A stretch of 64,000 nucleotides of DNA from the human T2T-CHM13v2.0 reference genome, Homo sapiens: the NCBI RefSeq assembly GCF_009914755.1, contig NC_060932.1. One strand, 5' to 3'. A model generated the notes under the pieces. The model was not told the origin of the DNA. It saw only the letters and a list, made by a program, of their open reading frames with translations, and did no database searches. This document shows, piece by piece, positions 61,606 through 64,000 of the stretch; position 1 is the first letter of the stretch, and each line of letters begins with the position of its first letter. Position numbers and translations under genes: made by a program.

Positions 61606-61772
61606 ATAAGAAAGACACAAATTACCACAAAGAACCATCAGAAAAAGTCTAGATGGCCAAGCGATAGAAAATGAAAGAGAAAAGATGAGAAAGAGGTTGA
61701 GTCTAAATAATCCATTTAATTAGTTCCAGAAAAAGAAGAGAATAGTCAAAGGAATTATAGAAGCATGCATTC

Positions 61773-62157
<385 letters not shown>

Positions 62158-62879
62158 TTATTATTATTTTGAAAGAGCCACGTTCAACTCCACCCTTGTG
62201 AAATTCCAGCACATGAAACGTAAAATGAACATATGAAAGGTTTTGGAGCAAAAGGCGGGTGATTTATAAAGGACTAAGAATCATATCAGCATCAAACTTG
62301 TCATCATTACCACTAGATTCTATAGAAAATGGAGCGATATCTTCAAAGTGAGACCTGCTGGAAAGAACCAGTGACACTAAAAACATGTAGTAGTGCCATG
62401 CAAATGCCAAGAGGAAATTATTTTAATACTTTTGTTTCTAACCAAATCACCAGTCAAAGGTGAGGGCAAAATGAAACAGTTTTGTATTTGTAATAATTCA
62501 GAATTTAGTGCTGACACACGTACTCTTAGAAAAGTGCCAGAAGATATTTACCAGAAAAATGAAAAATGTATGTATAAAAAAAGAGAAGGGATCTGAGTTA
62601 CTGGATGTAACCCAGAAGTACAACAAAAAGAAACCTAGGATGACAGCTACTGTGCAGCAAGCCTGGAAATCACTGGTCCAAATTAAAATGGAAAGTTTTA
62701 ATGAATGTCTTCAAGAAGACAACTAATTATACATGACAACAATTGTACAATTAAAAAACTGGGCAATCCTGGTGATAAGGAGAAATAATATGATACCAAT
62801 GACACCATATATTACTACCAATAATTGTAATAACATAATAATGTCAAGGATGAAGTTTCTCGAGCCTCTTACTTGGAGA

Positions 62880-63067
62880 ATCCTTTCCTCCCCTCCCCTC
62901 CCCTCCTTTTTTCTCTCTTCTCCCCTCCTCTCCTCTCCTCCCCTCTCTTCTCTTCTTTTCCTTCCCTCCCTTCTTTCCTCCCTACCTCCATTCCTTCCTT
63001 CCTCCCTTCCTCCTCTCCTCCCTTCCTCCCCTTTTGCCTTCCTTCCTCCCTCCCTTCCTTCCTTCCT
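62880..63067. repeat. Polypyrimidine low-complexity tract (CCT/CCTT)
   Basis: About 185 bp, almost purely C/T. Confidence 0.93.
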
Positions 63068-64000
63068 GTTTTATTTTTGCTTGCTATGTTATAGACCAAG
63101 GGAAAAAGAGAAGTTTCTTTTTAGGTATCCATTGGGAAAATGATATTTTCTTCACAAATTACTCTCTAGACAGTTGTCACATCTGATTCTTTTCAGTGTG
63201 CCTAGGAGCCCCAATCTGTCTTGAACAAACTATCCTTTATCTTAACTACTCTTTCAAATACTTCAAAAAACACCCTCGTATCTCTTTAGCTTTGTACTCC
63301 TTTCTCTCTCCATGGAAGAGACCACTGGCTCTGGAGCCTGTGGCCAATTTTGTCCTTAGTCTTCAATATTCAAGTGCTTCTGCTCTACGTCAACCTCACT
63401 CTGACTTTGTGTCTCAATTTTCATAGTTGGGGGTTAACACCCAGCTCTCTGTTTGTCCTCTCATTCCAGCAGCCTCATGACCCATTCCTCTTGCTGGAGC
63501 CCCTGCATCAAATACCTGTCTAATGTGCTGGTCACCTGGAACAGGTCACGCCTCATCCTTGTCAATTCTCACTCCTTGGAAGGTGAAACGTCAGATGTGC
63601 ATAATGCTGTCTGTTGCCTGGATCTCTACAGATTGTTGGCTCACATTCACCCTTTGGGTCGTCTAATTTTGATAATATTCTTTTACTTCTTTAGGCCAGC
63701 CTGATGTCAGCTCCTGGCCTAGCTTTCCATCTGTTGATTGTCATTACCTTGTCTGGAATCCATCTACCTAAATAAACTTATTACCATTTTGGAAAGTGGG
63801 TCTGGCCACCAAGTAGGTATTTCTAGCTCCAGACCTTGACTTTTCTGTTCTGTCCAATCTATTGAAAGGTGTTCAAGCTCTCGACCTCGTTCCCCATCCC
63901 CATACCTGAATCCAGGCTTCCCCATGGTGATGCCATTGTTTTGTGCCACTCAGTTGCGACTCTTGCCCTGATTCACTTGGTAGGAAGAAGAGGCTCAAAC

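Overview
AT-rich primate (most likely human) genomic DNA with no credible protein-coding gene, RNA gene, CpG island or CRISPR array. The supplied ORFs are short chance frames or translations of repeats. The only recognisable protein motifs are broken retroelement fossils: an L1 ORF2 RT motif (FADD) and a probable CR1/L3 RT motif. The window reads as intergenic or deep intronic and is dominated by interspersed repeats: about 20 Alus, MIR, L2, old L1, MaLR and ERVL LTRs, and hAT and mariner MITEs. The most notable structures are: (1) a 374-bp inverted duplication (27161-27534 vs 29903-30276) inserted into an LTR33, with a third 42-bp copy nearby, which suggests multi-step template switching; (2) a ~120-bp dispersed direct duplication of sequence I do not recognise as a repeat; (3) a decayed two-LTR provirus (48537-54370, minus strand) with a tRNA-His-type PBS and several nested LTRs; (4) one clear and one possible 3'UTR-only retrocopy; (5) an AluY-split MADE1, an Alu trimer, a twin-primed L1 and a micro-scale inverted triplication. 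I found no evidence of a genuinely new biological system. Repeat subfamily names come from my recall of consensus sequences and need RepeatMasker/Dfam confirmation. Boundaries of old elements are approximate.
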